Part shown: one piece after another, positions 17,101 to 26,101 of the stretch | How positions within the stretch are numbered: position 1 is the first letter of the stretch | Layout: every line of letters starts with the position of its first letter | Source of the DNA: a virus | Taxonomy: Duplodnaviria; Caudoviricetes | Strand: one strand, 5' to 3' | DNA length: 28,375 nucleotides | IMG/VR virus record: IMGVR_UViG_3300037991_006823 | Span: 1-28,375 of that record | Notes under the pieces: generated by a model | Database searches by the model: none | What the model was told of the DNA's origin: nothing | The model's input: the letters and a program-made list of their open reading frames with translations, nothing else | Program-made: the position numbers and the translations under genes

Positions 17101-20100
17101 ACTTATGGCATTTGAAGTTGATGTTGCAACTTTAAAAGTATCTTCATTAATTTTGATAGCATATACTGTAGTTGGTAGAACATCGGTAGTATTCATCATC
17201 ATAGCACTGGTTCCAATACCAATAACTGTTGAATTTGGAGTATAAATTAATTCTTCACCAGTCATGAAGAAATGATCTTCAATGGTGAATATACCAGTTG
17301 TTGCGTCTAAGGATGTTGAGTTTGGATTAAATGTTTTTGAAAAAATTGGTGCAAAATTAGAAGTTAATTTGAAATTTTTCTTATTAATCCTATCCAAATT
17401 AATGGCATTGTAGAATTTTTCATCAACTCTTTGAGATACTGGTCCATACTCCAAATTATTATATTCATTGACAATATCTAAATCTCTATATAATGATTGA
17501 TTAAATATCTCAATATCAACTTGTTGATTTTGATCATATGGATAGAATTTTAATAGTATATCATTACCAGACACCTCTCCACCAAATGTTCCAATACCGG
17601 TAGAATCATCAAAAGTAACAGGAGTTGCTGAAAGGAATGGTAATTGTTGTGTATAGACATCCGTCCCATCAAATAATAATAAAACTTGATGAAGTGCTTT
17701 AGTCGATCCTGCACTTACTTGTACAATAGATTTTGAAGCGTCGAATAATGTTTTATCTAAAGTATTGATTACTGTAGAAGCAAGAGATACGGTAGAATTA
17801 TAATTTGAATTATAAATAATACTTCTTTCTTGTCCATCTGTCTGATCATTTGATTTGAACCTAAATGTTCCTGTTCCAGATGTTGTTGTTCCAAATCCTA
17901 CAGTATTTGTTCTTATTTTGATAGTATTTGAAGATATATTTTCATAATCTAAAGATAAAATTCCACTATTTGAATCTAACTTAGATGTAAAGATTCCTAT
18001 TTGATTTGCTGATAAAGATTTTAAATCTCCATCAATAAAGTAGTCTGATATGTATGATTCCGTACCAAATCCAACGACATAAAGTTTGACATAATTTGCT
18101 TTTTTCGTAACTGTATCTGTTACCTGTGCATCAACATAAAAAGAGTTAAAATTATTCGAATCTAAAGAAATTATAGTCGTTGTTCCGATACCAACAGAAC
18201 TTTCATCTACAGTGGCATCCACAGATCCTATTAAATCTATAAATCCAATAGATTGTGTTCCAGTTCCTATATCATTTGATATAAAACTTTGATTTAATAC
18301 CTTCAAATCATAATTGGTATTAAATGAATCTACTGGAATAAACCTCAAGAAAGTTTCTTGAAATTCGTTTTCAACTAAATCAAAACTACCATAAGGAGAA
18401 TCTGAATTATATAGAGACTCATTTTCAACAATGACAGAATTAATGCCATCAGATAAAATAGTGAGGTCAGTCAATTGGTATTCTGTTTTATCTTCACTAG
18501 TTATTCTGAATAGATATTTTTCATATCTAGTTGCAACAATTTCATCTATTGATAAAAATTCAGTGATTCCACCCTCAAAGTTTGAGAATTGATTATCTAT
18601 ATTGTCAATTTTTAATACATTAAGATTTTTTAATTCAACATAATTTGTAAGATCTTTAGTTTTGAATTTTAATAATTTTGATTTTGAATTAACAATATCT
18701 TCATCAATAACATTGTCAAAATTGTTAATAGTATCTGCTCTTTTTTCATCAATTATATCGTAAATTACAGTAAATCCATCATCAGATTTTGTTAATCCCG
18801 CATTACTGGATTTGGATATCTCAGTATCTGCAAAATTTTTCAGTCCACTAGTATGAACTAAATTTTCTACTATAGGTTGTTGTTTTTTATATGATACTGA
18901 ACTTTTTACAGAATATGATAGATTTTGATAATAATCATTATCAGAAATAACTTGATAATCTTCACTTAATTTACCAATTTCGGTATTCCATCCAATATCT
19001 TTTAATTGAGAAAAACTAACATCAAAAATTCCTTCATTAAATGATAACTTATCTATTGTTGCGATATTATCAGACTCAATTCCTCTGAATACTTCTCCTA
19101 CAGATATCCGATAGGATCCAAAAACCTTTAGTTGATTACCATTACTTTCAATTACCTTCAAATTTCTAATTATTCCGTTAGAAGATAATCTTTCACCAAC
19201 AAAAAATTCTGATTGTTTTTGAGTTGCCTTAAATGTTGGATAATCATTTTTATTAATTATAATTCCAGAAAAATCTTGAATCGTTTTTGGTGTACCGGTG
19301 TTTGTAGTTAATCCAGATACATCAATTGTCACTGTATTATCAATTCCACTATCATCATAGTTCGTTACTTTAAAGAATCTATATCCATAGTCTTCAGAAT
19401 TAAATCCATCTCCATCAGTGCTAATTTTTTGAATACCTTCAATGAATACTTCATCTCCAACTACAAAAGGAACAACTGTAAATGTGTTACCAATACCTGT
19501 AGGTGTCGATAATATACAATTAAAACTTGTATCAGTTACTGACTCTACTCTCTCAACAGCAATTCCATTGGTATTATCTATAGTAAATATATCAACACTA
19601 TCATCCGGAAGTCCTTTTGGTGGGACAACTACTTTTGCAGAAGAAACTGCAGATCCACTAAGTTTAAGTTCGACTAACCCAGAATCTATTAAATTTCTGC
19701 TTATGGGATTGATCAAAATTAATTTTGGTGGTGTTGTATAACCATTTCCACCCCTAATAACAGATATATCTTTTAAAGTACTAGAATTTTTAATTTCAAC
19801 TGTTGGAGAAATAATTGCTTGAGGTCTTAATGTTTTGTCTGGGGAATATGTAAATTTACTATTAAGAATTTTGCTTTCTTTTATAGATCCAACCAAATTA
19901 GATTTTACATTTACAATCAAATCTGTACCAAGAGTAGAGTTTGTAGATTCTAAAACTGGTAATTTTTTATATTCTGCACCAAAAGATAATACGTTCAATG
20001 ATTTTACTGGTCCTGTTGCTCCAATTGCAGTAGTTGAATATTCTAAAACACTACATTCCGTCGAAGCATAAGAAAGTTTTTCTGGTTTTTTACCTATGTT

Positions 20101-23100
20101 TAAATTAAATGTAGTTGTTCCAACACCACTAACCGTGTAAGTATTATTGTAAATACTCTCTTCATATGAAATAAGTGAATTATTTTGAACATCGACATCT
20201 GCATTTAGTATTACTCCATCTTTTTCCAAAGTGTAATATAATTCTTTTGGAATTTGAGAATCATATTTTAAAGTTAGAGATGCATTGGTAGATACTCCAA
20301 CAGTACCTATACCAGATATGTTAAATGTGTTTGTAGATCCTGAAGATACAAACTCATTTTTAAACTGAGAATCTGTATAAATTTTTAAACTATAATCGAC
20401 TAAACTAGAATCCGTGAGATCAAATACTAAATTATTATTTTTAATTGGATTCAGTTGTGGATTAATTAATGAAATTATTTGATCTGAGGATCCAGTCGAT
20501 GCAAAAGAGACAATTGTTGGTGGAATTTGCTTAACATCAAAAGAAGTCTCACATAAATTAAATTTATTGTCAGAAATCTTATATACAAAATAAACATCCT
20601 CGGGTATAGGTCCATTTTGATAAAAAACTTTATCACCAGTTTTTAATCCATGACCTACAATTGAAATTTGATTGGTATTTGTATTAATTCCTGTAGAATT
20701 GAATCCAATTGGATTTACAATAATATTGTTAATATCCGAATTATAAAGAACACTAACAGAAGTTGTTGTCCCTAAACCAACTGAAAGATTTGGTTGTACA
20801 TCCAAAGTTATAGTATCATTATCTTTAAGACCATGAGGTAAACTTGCTGTAGAGATGGAAACAGTTACTACATTTTTTTCAACATCACCCAATATTTTAG
20901 TATTATTTGTACTTAAAGAATATCCATCGTTATCATCACCATTACCATGGAAAAATAACTCTTCTCCATTAATAGTAGTTTTTAACCCAATAAGATTTGG
21001 ATTTTTATTAATAACAAAAAGATTTGAAAAACTAGTAAGAGATACTTCATCACTAGTAAGTCCACTAGTAGATACACCTATTGTGTTCGATCCATTAGTA
21101 TTAAATCCGACACGTTGATTTGTTGTAAATGGATGATTGTCAATCGAAATACTTCTGGATGGTATATCTCTATTTACAATCGTGTTTCCAAAAATAAATG
21201 AAGTCGAATATCCAACACCACTTATAGTAGATACTCCAACAGATTCTTTGGGATTGAAAAATACTTCATTATCAAGTTTAGAATCAAATTTATCTACAGA
21301 TTTTAGAATTGTGAATGAATCTGGTAAGAACGACACTGGAGTTCCTGCAGTGTGTGATAAACCGACTACTCCTCTTTCAATTCTTAAAATATTTTCATTT
21401 TTAAATATACCAAGAACTCTCAATATTTCCGTTCCAATTCCAATACTACTACCAACAGCAATTTGCTCAGGAATGGGTGTGACATATATTTCTGTAGTGA
21501 CACCTGCAGTTGCTGAAGCACTTATAGTAGAAATACATACTCCATTCGAATATGATGGAACTGTAATTTTATGAGTCCCATTTAAAGATGATAGATTAGT
21601 TGAAAATCCAGATATTATTACAGTATCAGAATTTGAAAGATTGTGATTTGGTAGTATTGAAACTTTTACTTCTTCCGAAGACTTCCAAGTAAAAATTGAA
21701 TCTAGATTTGAAGTTGAATTTGTAACCAAATCTACAATATCTTTACCTTTTACAGATTTTACCCTAACATTTAATCCACTTCCAGAAGTTCCACTTTCAT
21801 TAAATATTAATTTATCTCCTACATTATAATTAGAACCACTATTCTGTATGTCTACAGATTCTATTGGACCCGATATTACTGATAAAACTTTTATTTTTTG
21901 TTCTAAAATATCACTAGTTTCATTAATAAAGTCATAGTCTGCATTATTTTCGGATACTTTATATGGTAAAGTATTTCTTAACAAATTAGAGTTATTAAAA
22001 TCAAATGATTGATTCAAATCAGAATCTGAAATTAACTTTGATCTATACTTATTACCAATAAAATATGGGAATGATGAGTTGCCGGAGGAATCTAATGTTG
22101 CATGGTAAGCATAAACTCCATTTGGATATTCTTTATTTCTTTCATATCTGCCATTATATTCATCCAAATCTCCACTTCCATCAAACTTATAATCTTCTAC
22201 AAAAAATCCATCTTCAAATCCAGAAGGTCTATCTATTACACTCGATGTATCAATTACATATCCAGATTCTAGGTTTTTTAATCCTGTACGTGTTTCGGGA
22301 TTTGTATATCCAGTCGGACCATAGATTGGATTTCCATCATACGCCCACCCTATAATTCCAGACTCAGCAGAACTCTTTTCTAAGAATGCATTTCTCAGAC
22401 CTTCAAAATATTTTGATACTGAATATTGAAGTTTATCTTTTCCTTTTAATACAACTTCACCAGTAGTAAATCTAGATACATTATTATTAATATTTAATTT
22501 TCTTATTTGAGGATCTATTAAAGCATTTTTTCCAGATGAAACAACTTTAATTTTTGTGTCTGTAGAGGAATAATTAGATCCAGCATTAACAACTTTAACT
22601 TCTACTATTTGTCCATCAGCATTAACTATTGCTCTTAATTCTGCTCCAGTTCCAGATCCCGAAACTACTAAGTCTGGAATAGAAAAATATTCACTTCCAC
22701 TATAACTGATAGTAACATTTGTAAGTCTTCCGTCAATAACAGTTGGAGTTAATTGAGCAGATTTTCCATTCTTTATGGTTATTACTGGTTTATCTTCATA
22801 ATTTAGAACTGTCGATCCGTAACCTGTTCCAGATTCGTAAACATATGCATCAATAATTTTTCCTTTTATTACAGGAGTTATTACTAATTCTTCATCTGTT
22901 TGAGTTGTTGATCCGATTCCAGCACTAGTATATTTAATAGAAACAGAAATATCTGGATATTTAAAATATTGTTCTCCAGATCCAGTACTACTAAATTTCT
23001 CATAATCCCCTCTTTCGTAATTTGAAGTTATTGTTCCTCCAACACCGGCGTTACATAATCTAAAAGAATCATTATCAAGTTTTAAAATATAAAATTGATT

Positions 23101-26100
23101 GGTAGTTGTGATTCCACTAATTTCAGATGTCTGATAATCATATTCTACAAGTTCACCACTACTAAATCCATGATTTTTAAAGGTGATAGTATCTTCAATT
23201 GTAGATATTCCAACAGGTTTAACAATAAGTTTTCTGTTAGTATATCCTTCTCCACCAGAAATAATTTGTATATAATCTATTGTTTTAGAAGAAGAAGAAG
23301 TTGAAAATCTATGAGTTCCAGAAGAACCAGTAAAAATTCCTACAGGATTTATACCCAATTGTTGATCGTCCAGATCAAAATATAATTTTATTGTTTTATT
23401 ATTGACAACTTCAACAAAGTAGGTTGAATCATCTGGAAGATCTGCATTATCTGATAATGTTCCAATTTTTATAGGATTATTTCCTAAAGAATTATAAGAT
23501 ATTTCTTGTCCATTTACAAAATTATGATCTTCTAAAAAGACAATTTTATCTGTAGTTTGATTTACTCCTCCACCAATCGAGAAATTTTTAGCACTAAAGA
23601 AAACATCTCTTGGTTTTAAAATTAATACTGGATCTATAACAGCACCACTTCCATTTCCTCCAGAAATTTCAATAGATCCAATCTTATCAATATCGTACTT
23701 TTGACTGTCTACGTATATTTTTTCAAATTTTCCACTAACGACTGGTTGAATTAGTGCGGTATTACCAATACCCGATGAAACTTCAACAATTGGTGGGTTA
23801 ATAACATCATAATTTTCTCCACCATTCAATATATTTACATCTTCAATAGGTCCAAAGTGAATTATATCAGTGGATTTATAATTACTTATTTCTACACCAT
23901 TTATCAACATTCCCGTTGATCCTGGTAATGTAACATCTCCAGGATCTTGTTCAATATTTTTTCCTAGTGGAAATTTTCTCAAAAGTTTTTGTATTCCAAG
24001 TTCAGAATCTTTTTGAGAATCTAAAACAAACGTATGAGATCCTATACCCGAACTTGGTATTTGAAAAGTTAAATTATTTCCAGATTTTATTAAAGATTGA
24101 GAACCATATAATTTAAATTCATCATTTTTTGTTTTTTTCACAAAGTAATTTCCAGTGGTTAATCCTACCAAAGGTTCTCCCTCAGAAGAATAAAATATTT
24201 TATCACCTGTTAAAAATGGTACAATATCATCAATTACTTTTATAGTATTAAATACACCATTATTTTTATCTTTAAGACTATCAGTAGATTCAATACTAAC
24301 AGTTTTTATATTAGTATCAATATTTAAACGATAATTTTTTATTGGTTTGTCTGAAGAATCTTTAAAATTATTGTTTATATTTGATGGAAATGAATTGGAT
24401 GCTACATATGCATATTCATCTTTATCAACATACAAATTAAGAACATCAGATAATAGAGAATTATTATCAAATTTAAATCCAGACTTTTGAACCTTATTTA
24501 ACTTTCTTCTTATATTATATTTTGTGGATGTTTCTTTTTGAAAAATTGAAGTTTGAGTTTCAGAATTTATTGCATTTTGTAAATCTAAAGTGTTAGTATT
24601 CTTATCAATTGTTCTAACGTAAATGGGATTATTAGTAGGAACTATGACTTCTGGAATAGAATCCCTTTGTACTACTTCAACTTCATCACCTACCTTTAAA
24701 CTAGATCTATTAATAGTAGATCCTAGTTCTGGGGTGGTGTCATTATTTGTTACTTGATAAGTAGCACTTGTATTGTATATAAAAGAATTTGCAAAAATTT
24801 CTTTCCAGTTTGATCCATTATCTTCAATTTTGTCTCCTACATTTTTAATACCTACTAAATCATTTTCAGATACAATAAAATTTTTATTTTGTTCCTTTAA
24901 ATTTGTAATTACACCCAAAAGTATTATTTCTACTTTTTTGGTGATATCTCCACCTTCATAAGAGAAATAAGTTTCGTTAGATCTAATATTTGATGTTTTA
25001 GTTATCTCAGAATTAATTCCAGTACATCCAAAAAATTGATTGATGTTTTTGTCTGTATATGAAATAGTATTAGTTCCGGAAATTAAAGTTCCAGATTCTG
25101 GAAAACTGACCGTTGAGTCTACCGTTAAAATGGAATCTCCTACAGATGCATTTTCGGTTAATTTTGTATTAGGAGTAATTACAAAGTCTCCTTCAATAGA
25201 AGATCTTCCATCATTGCTAACATAAAGTTGAATCTTAAAATAAGTTTTTCCTTTTCTTGTAAATGGCTCTACCGAAGAAACTGAAGCAGTTGTATTTTCA
25301 TCATTACTTTTTACAATAGTTTCTCCAACAATATTCATAGGTTCACCAGTTATTGCTTCCGCAACGACTATTTCTCTTCTAACATAATTTGCAGAAGATG
25401 GTTTTAGCAAATAATCTTCTAAGTTTATAACAGAAGGTGTTTCTCCAAAAACAACCTTAAAAAGAATTTTTATTGCTTCATCGGTTCCTTTAGATGAATA
25501 AAAATCTTTTGCGTTTTTTATAAAATTACCAACATCTATTTCATCCACTAATGAAATCTTTTCAAATCCTGGTGCAAATGTTGTCTTAAATTTTTTATAA
25601 AATTCTTTTAAAAATAAAGAACTTAAATTTTGAATAGAAGAGTTTAATTTATGACTCTCTGCGTTTGATGTTTCAAATAATAAATTTTCCTCAGTTAAAT
25701 CTTCATTATAATCAGTAATTCCACTAAATCCTCTAATACATCCAGTAAATGTATTGGTAGTTAGTCCAGTATATGTAATAATTTCATTATCAATTTTAAG
25801 AAGACCGTATTGACTTGGAAAACCTCTTGTACTAGAAACATTAATTATGTTATCGGAAGATGTTACATCAGAAGTTAATAATGTACTATCAACAACAACT
25901 TCTGGTTTTAAATTATCTAATTTTAAATATTCATCCAAATTATCACTAAGGTCAACTGGTCCACCTTGATATTCTTGAGAAATATAATATTGTTTTAAAA
26001 AGTCTACAGTTTTTGGACTTTCATCCAAAATAAACTCTGGTAATTGGTTTGAGACTATATCCTGAATCTTAATTTTAGATTCAATTCCAGTTTGTATCAT
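14134..26100 (-). CDS. gp7: Giant baseplate wedge initiator (T4 gp7-like) with many accessory repeat modules
   Basis: Positioned between gp6 and gp8. Core motifs are NQLPEFI....P..VDFLKQYY, FIKNAKDFYSSKGTDEAIKILFKVVFG and ISDNDYYQNLSYSVKS...LVHTSGLKNF, with C-terminal GRYSWGRL. Confidence 0.88.
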   Translation of the reverse strand: MIQTGIESKIKIQDIVSNQLPEFILDESPKTVDFLKQYYISQEYQGGPVDLSDNLDEYLKLDNLKPEVVVDSTLLTSDVTSSDNIINVSSTRGFPSQYGLLKIDNEIITYTGLTTNTFTGCIRGFSGITDYNEDLTEENLLFETSNAESHKLNSSIQNLSSLFLKEFYKKFKTTFAPGFEKISLVDEIDVGNFIKNAKDFYSSKGTDEAIKILFKVVFGETPSVINLEDYLLKPSSANYVRREIVVAEAITGEPMNIVGETIVKSNDENTTASVSSVEPFTRKGKTYFKIQLYVSNDGRSSIEGDFVITPNTKLTENASVGDSILTVDSTVSFPESGTLISGTNTISYTDKNINQFFGCTGINSEITKTSNIRSNETYFSYEGGDITKKVEIILLGVITNLKEQNKNFIVSENDLVGIKNVGDKIEDNGSNWKEIFANSFIYNTSATYQVTNNDTTPELGSTINRSSLKVGDEVEVVQRDSIPEVIVPTNNPIYVRTIDKNTNTLDLQNAINSETQTSIFQKETSTKYNIRRKLNKVQKSGFKFDNNSLLSDVLNLYVDKDEYAYVASNSFPSNINNNFKDSSDKPIKNYRLNIDTNIKTVSIESTDSLKDKNNGVFNTIKVIDDIVPFLTGDKIFYSSEGEPLVGLTTGNYFVKKTKNDEFKLYGSQSLIKSGNNLTFQIPSSGIGSHTFVLDSQKDSELGIQKLLRKFPLGKNIEQDPGDVTLPGSTGMLINGVEISNYKSTDIIHFGPIEDVNILNGGENYDVINPPIVEVSSGIGNTALIQPVVSGKFEKIYVDSQKYDIDKIGSIEISGGNGSGAVIDPVLILKPRDVFFSAKNFSIGGGVNQTTDKIVFLEDHNFVNGQEISYNSLGNNPIKIGTLSDNADLPDDSTYFVEVVNNKTIKLYFDLDDQQLGINPVGIFTGSSGTHRFSTSSSSKTIDYIQIISGGEGYTNRKLIVKPVGISTIEDTITFKNHGFSSGELVEYDYQTSEISGITTTNQFYILKLDNDSFRLCNAGVGGTITSNYERGDYEKFSSTGSGEQYFKYPDISVSIKYTSAGIGSTTQTDEELVITPVIKGKIIDAYVYESGTGYGSTVLNYEDKPVITIKNGKSAQLTPTVIDGRLTNVTISYSGSEYFSIPDLVVSGSGTGAELRAIVNADGQIVEVKVVNAGSNYSSTDTKIKVVSSGKNALIDPQIRKLNINNNVSRFTTGEVVLKGKDKLQYSVSKYFEGLRNAFLEKSSAESGIIGWAYDGNPIYGPTGYTNPETRTGLKNLESGYVIDTSSVIDRPSGFEDGFFVEDYKFDGSGDLDEYNGRYERNKEYPNGVYAYHATLDSSGNSSFPYFIGNKYRSKLISDSDLNQSFDFNNSNLLRNTLPYKVSENNADYDFINETSDILEQKIKVLSVISGPIESVDIQNSGSNYNVGDKLIFNESGTSGSGLNVRVKSVKGKDIVDLVTNSTSNLDSIFTWKSSEEVKVSILPNHNLSNSDTVIISGFSTNLSSLNGTHKITVPSYSNGVCISTISASATAGVTTEIYVTPIPEQIAVGSSIGIGTEILRVLGIFKNENILRIERGVVGLSHTAGTPVSFLPDSFTILKSVDKFDSKLDNEVFFNPKESVGVSTISGVGYSTSFIFGNTIVNRDIPSRSISIDNHPFTTNQRVGFNTNGSNTIGVSTSGLTSDEVSLTSFSNLFVINKNPNLIGLKTTINGEELFFHGNGDDNDGYSLSTNNTKILGDVEKNVVTVSISTASLPHGLKDNDTITLDVQPNLSVGLGTTTSVSVLYNSDINNIIVNPIGFNSTGINTNTNQISIVGHGLKTGDKVFYQNGPIPEDVYFVYKISDNKFNLCETSFDVKQIPPTIVSFASTGSSDQIISLINPQLNPIKNNNLVFDLTDSSLVDYSLKIYTDSQFKNEFVSSGSTNTFNISGIGTVGVSTNASLTLKYDSQIPKELYYTLEKDGVILNADVDVQNNSLISYEESIYNNTYTVSGVGTTTFNLNIGKKPEKLSYASTECSVLEYSTTAIGATGPVKSLNVLSFGAEYKKLPVLESTNSTLGTDLIVNVKSNLVGSIKESKILNSKFTYSPDKTLRPQAIISPTVEIKNSSTLKDISVIRGGNGYTTPPKLILINPISRNLIDSGLVELKLSGSAVSSAKVVVPPKGLPDDSVDIFTIDNTNGIAVERVESVTDTSFNCILSTPTGIGNTFTVVPFVVGDEVFIEGIQKISTDGDGFNSEDYGYRFFKVTNYDDSGIDNTVTIDVSGLTTNTGTPKTIQDFSGIIINKNDYPTFKATQKQSEFFVGERLSSNGIIRNLKVIESNGNQLKVFGSYRISVGEVFRGIESDNIATIDKLSFNEGIFDVSFSQLKDIGWNTEIGKLSEDYQVISDNDYYQNLSYSVKSSVSYKKQQPIVENLVHTSGLKNFADTEISKSSNAGLTKSDDGFTVIYDIIDEKRADTINNFDNVIDEDIVNSKSKLLKFKTKDLTNYVELKNLNVLKIDNIDNQFSNFEGGITEFLSIDEIVATRYEKYLFRITSEDKTEYQLTDLTILSDGINSVIVENESLYNSDSPYGSFDLVENEFQETFLRFIPVDSFNTNYDLKVLNQSFISNDIGTGTQSIGFIDLIGSVDATVDESSVGIGTTTIISLDSNNFNSFYVDAQVTDTVTKKANYVKLYVVGFGTESYISDYFIDGDLKSLSANQIGIFTSKLDSNSGILSLDYENISSNTIKIRTNTVGFGTTTSGTGTFRFKSNDQTDGQERSIIYNSNYNSTVSLASTVINTLDKTLFDASKSIVQVSAGSTKALHQVLLLFDGTDVYTQQLPFLSATPVTFDDSTGIGTFGGEVSGNDILLKFYPYDQNQQVDIEIFNQSLYRDLDIVNEYNNLEYGPVSQRVDEKFYNAINLDRINKKNFKLTSNFAPIFSKTFNPNSTSLDATTGIFTIEDHFFMTGEELIYTPNSTVIGIGTSAMMMNTTDVLPTTVYAIKINEDTFKVATSTSNAISGIGTTFTSLGEGNAHRFTMKEKNSKCIITIDELVQYPIAFTKISHTLSGNAEVGASLGISTSFVSLSGISTVNIQDVLLIDEEYLGIVNVGFGTTNLGPITNSGNIPLVEVERGFVGSSATTHNDGSTARIYKGAFNIVDDEIHFAEAPRGNPQIDKTKFNLDYEQSSFTGRVFLKSNYDSNKVYDDISDEFTGIGRTFALTVEGSNSVGIGTSGGNGLIFINNIYQSPKTANNPLQFNYEITEDSNSGISTVEFSGIARPDNVSEIFTSEVDINENETPRGGIIVSYGSTPGLGFAPLVGASVTAVVDSSDGSIVSVGLGTTDNLGSGYNGLVSIGISVFEAEHNGTTATITATANVGAGGSLTFNVDAGGTGYTNPQIFVSDPSYENLPIVGVSRLGVGATTDTGIGLLLDLEVGGSSTTGIGSTYFEVKEFKISRSGYSFQRGDVFKPVGLVTDSNLSSPLSDFTLNVIETYSDNFAAWEFGELDYIDSIEQLQDGERTRFPLRYNQELIGFEFEEGSALQKNINNVLVIFINGVIQEPEINFIFNGGTTVAFTTAPLESDEVEIYFFKGVRGSDSKVVSNIAPSIETGDILQVLSNNSIPNTITQNERVTYNIVSSDTVETDRYSGPGVDGTNFKPVSWTKQKISRKVNGEFVNKSRNILEPLIFPTAKIIKDVSTTDNQIFVDSIELFEYEDGNFAPNNSQFNDKPQSGFGALIVEDTNPVSAAFTCSIDGNGSVTGITTENPGFGYLSNQTTIELKFVGIGTTATATASVTNGVVTGTTITNPGSGYTVAPTIFAETPDLNIERITGFNEITGFSGIMTGITTTTGIGGNPLALQFTIQDTSPVPFVGISTGYPIYIYDTKIGSGVTSIDSSDSEVVAIGTTFLDNVYYISDWSNISQTGIITCNVKSDSNIIGIGTTGDTSNPVGRYSWGRLNSTAGLTRSSNPISIGVSGNIVSGLSTYPTIQRKNFGIRQTGALPKFVS

Positions 26101-26101
26101 A

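Noticed and set aside
2007-25225. Plus-strand ORFs of 61-145 aa (e.g. 2007-2231, 3911-4240, 15983-16240, 19442-19741, 21137-21574)
   Set aside because: They lie wholly antisense to long genes, mostly in codon register over Gly/Thr/Val-rich stretches that give stop-poor mirror frames (Pro/Val/Thr-rich translations). They carry no recognisable motifs.
5173-26100. Inteins, introns or homing endonucleases as the cause of the giant ORFs
   Set aside because: No intein splice-junction, LAGLIDADG, HNH or GIY-YIG motifs were recognised. The frames are uninterrupted and the extra length is explained by structural repeat modules.
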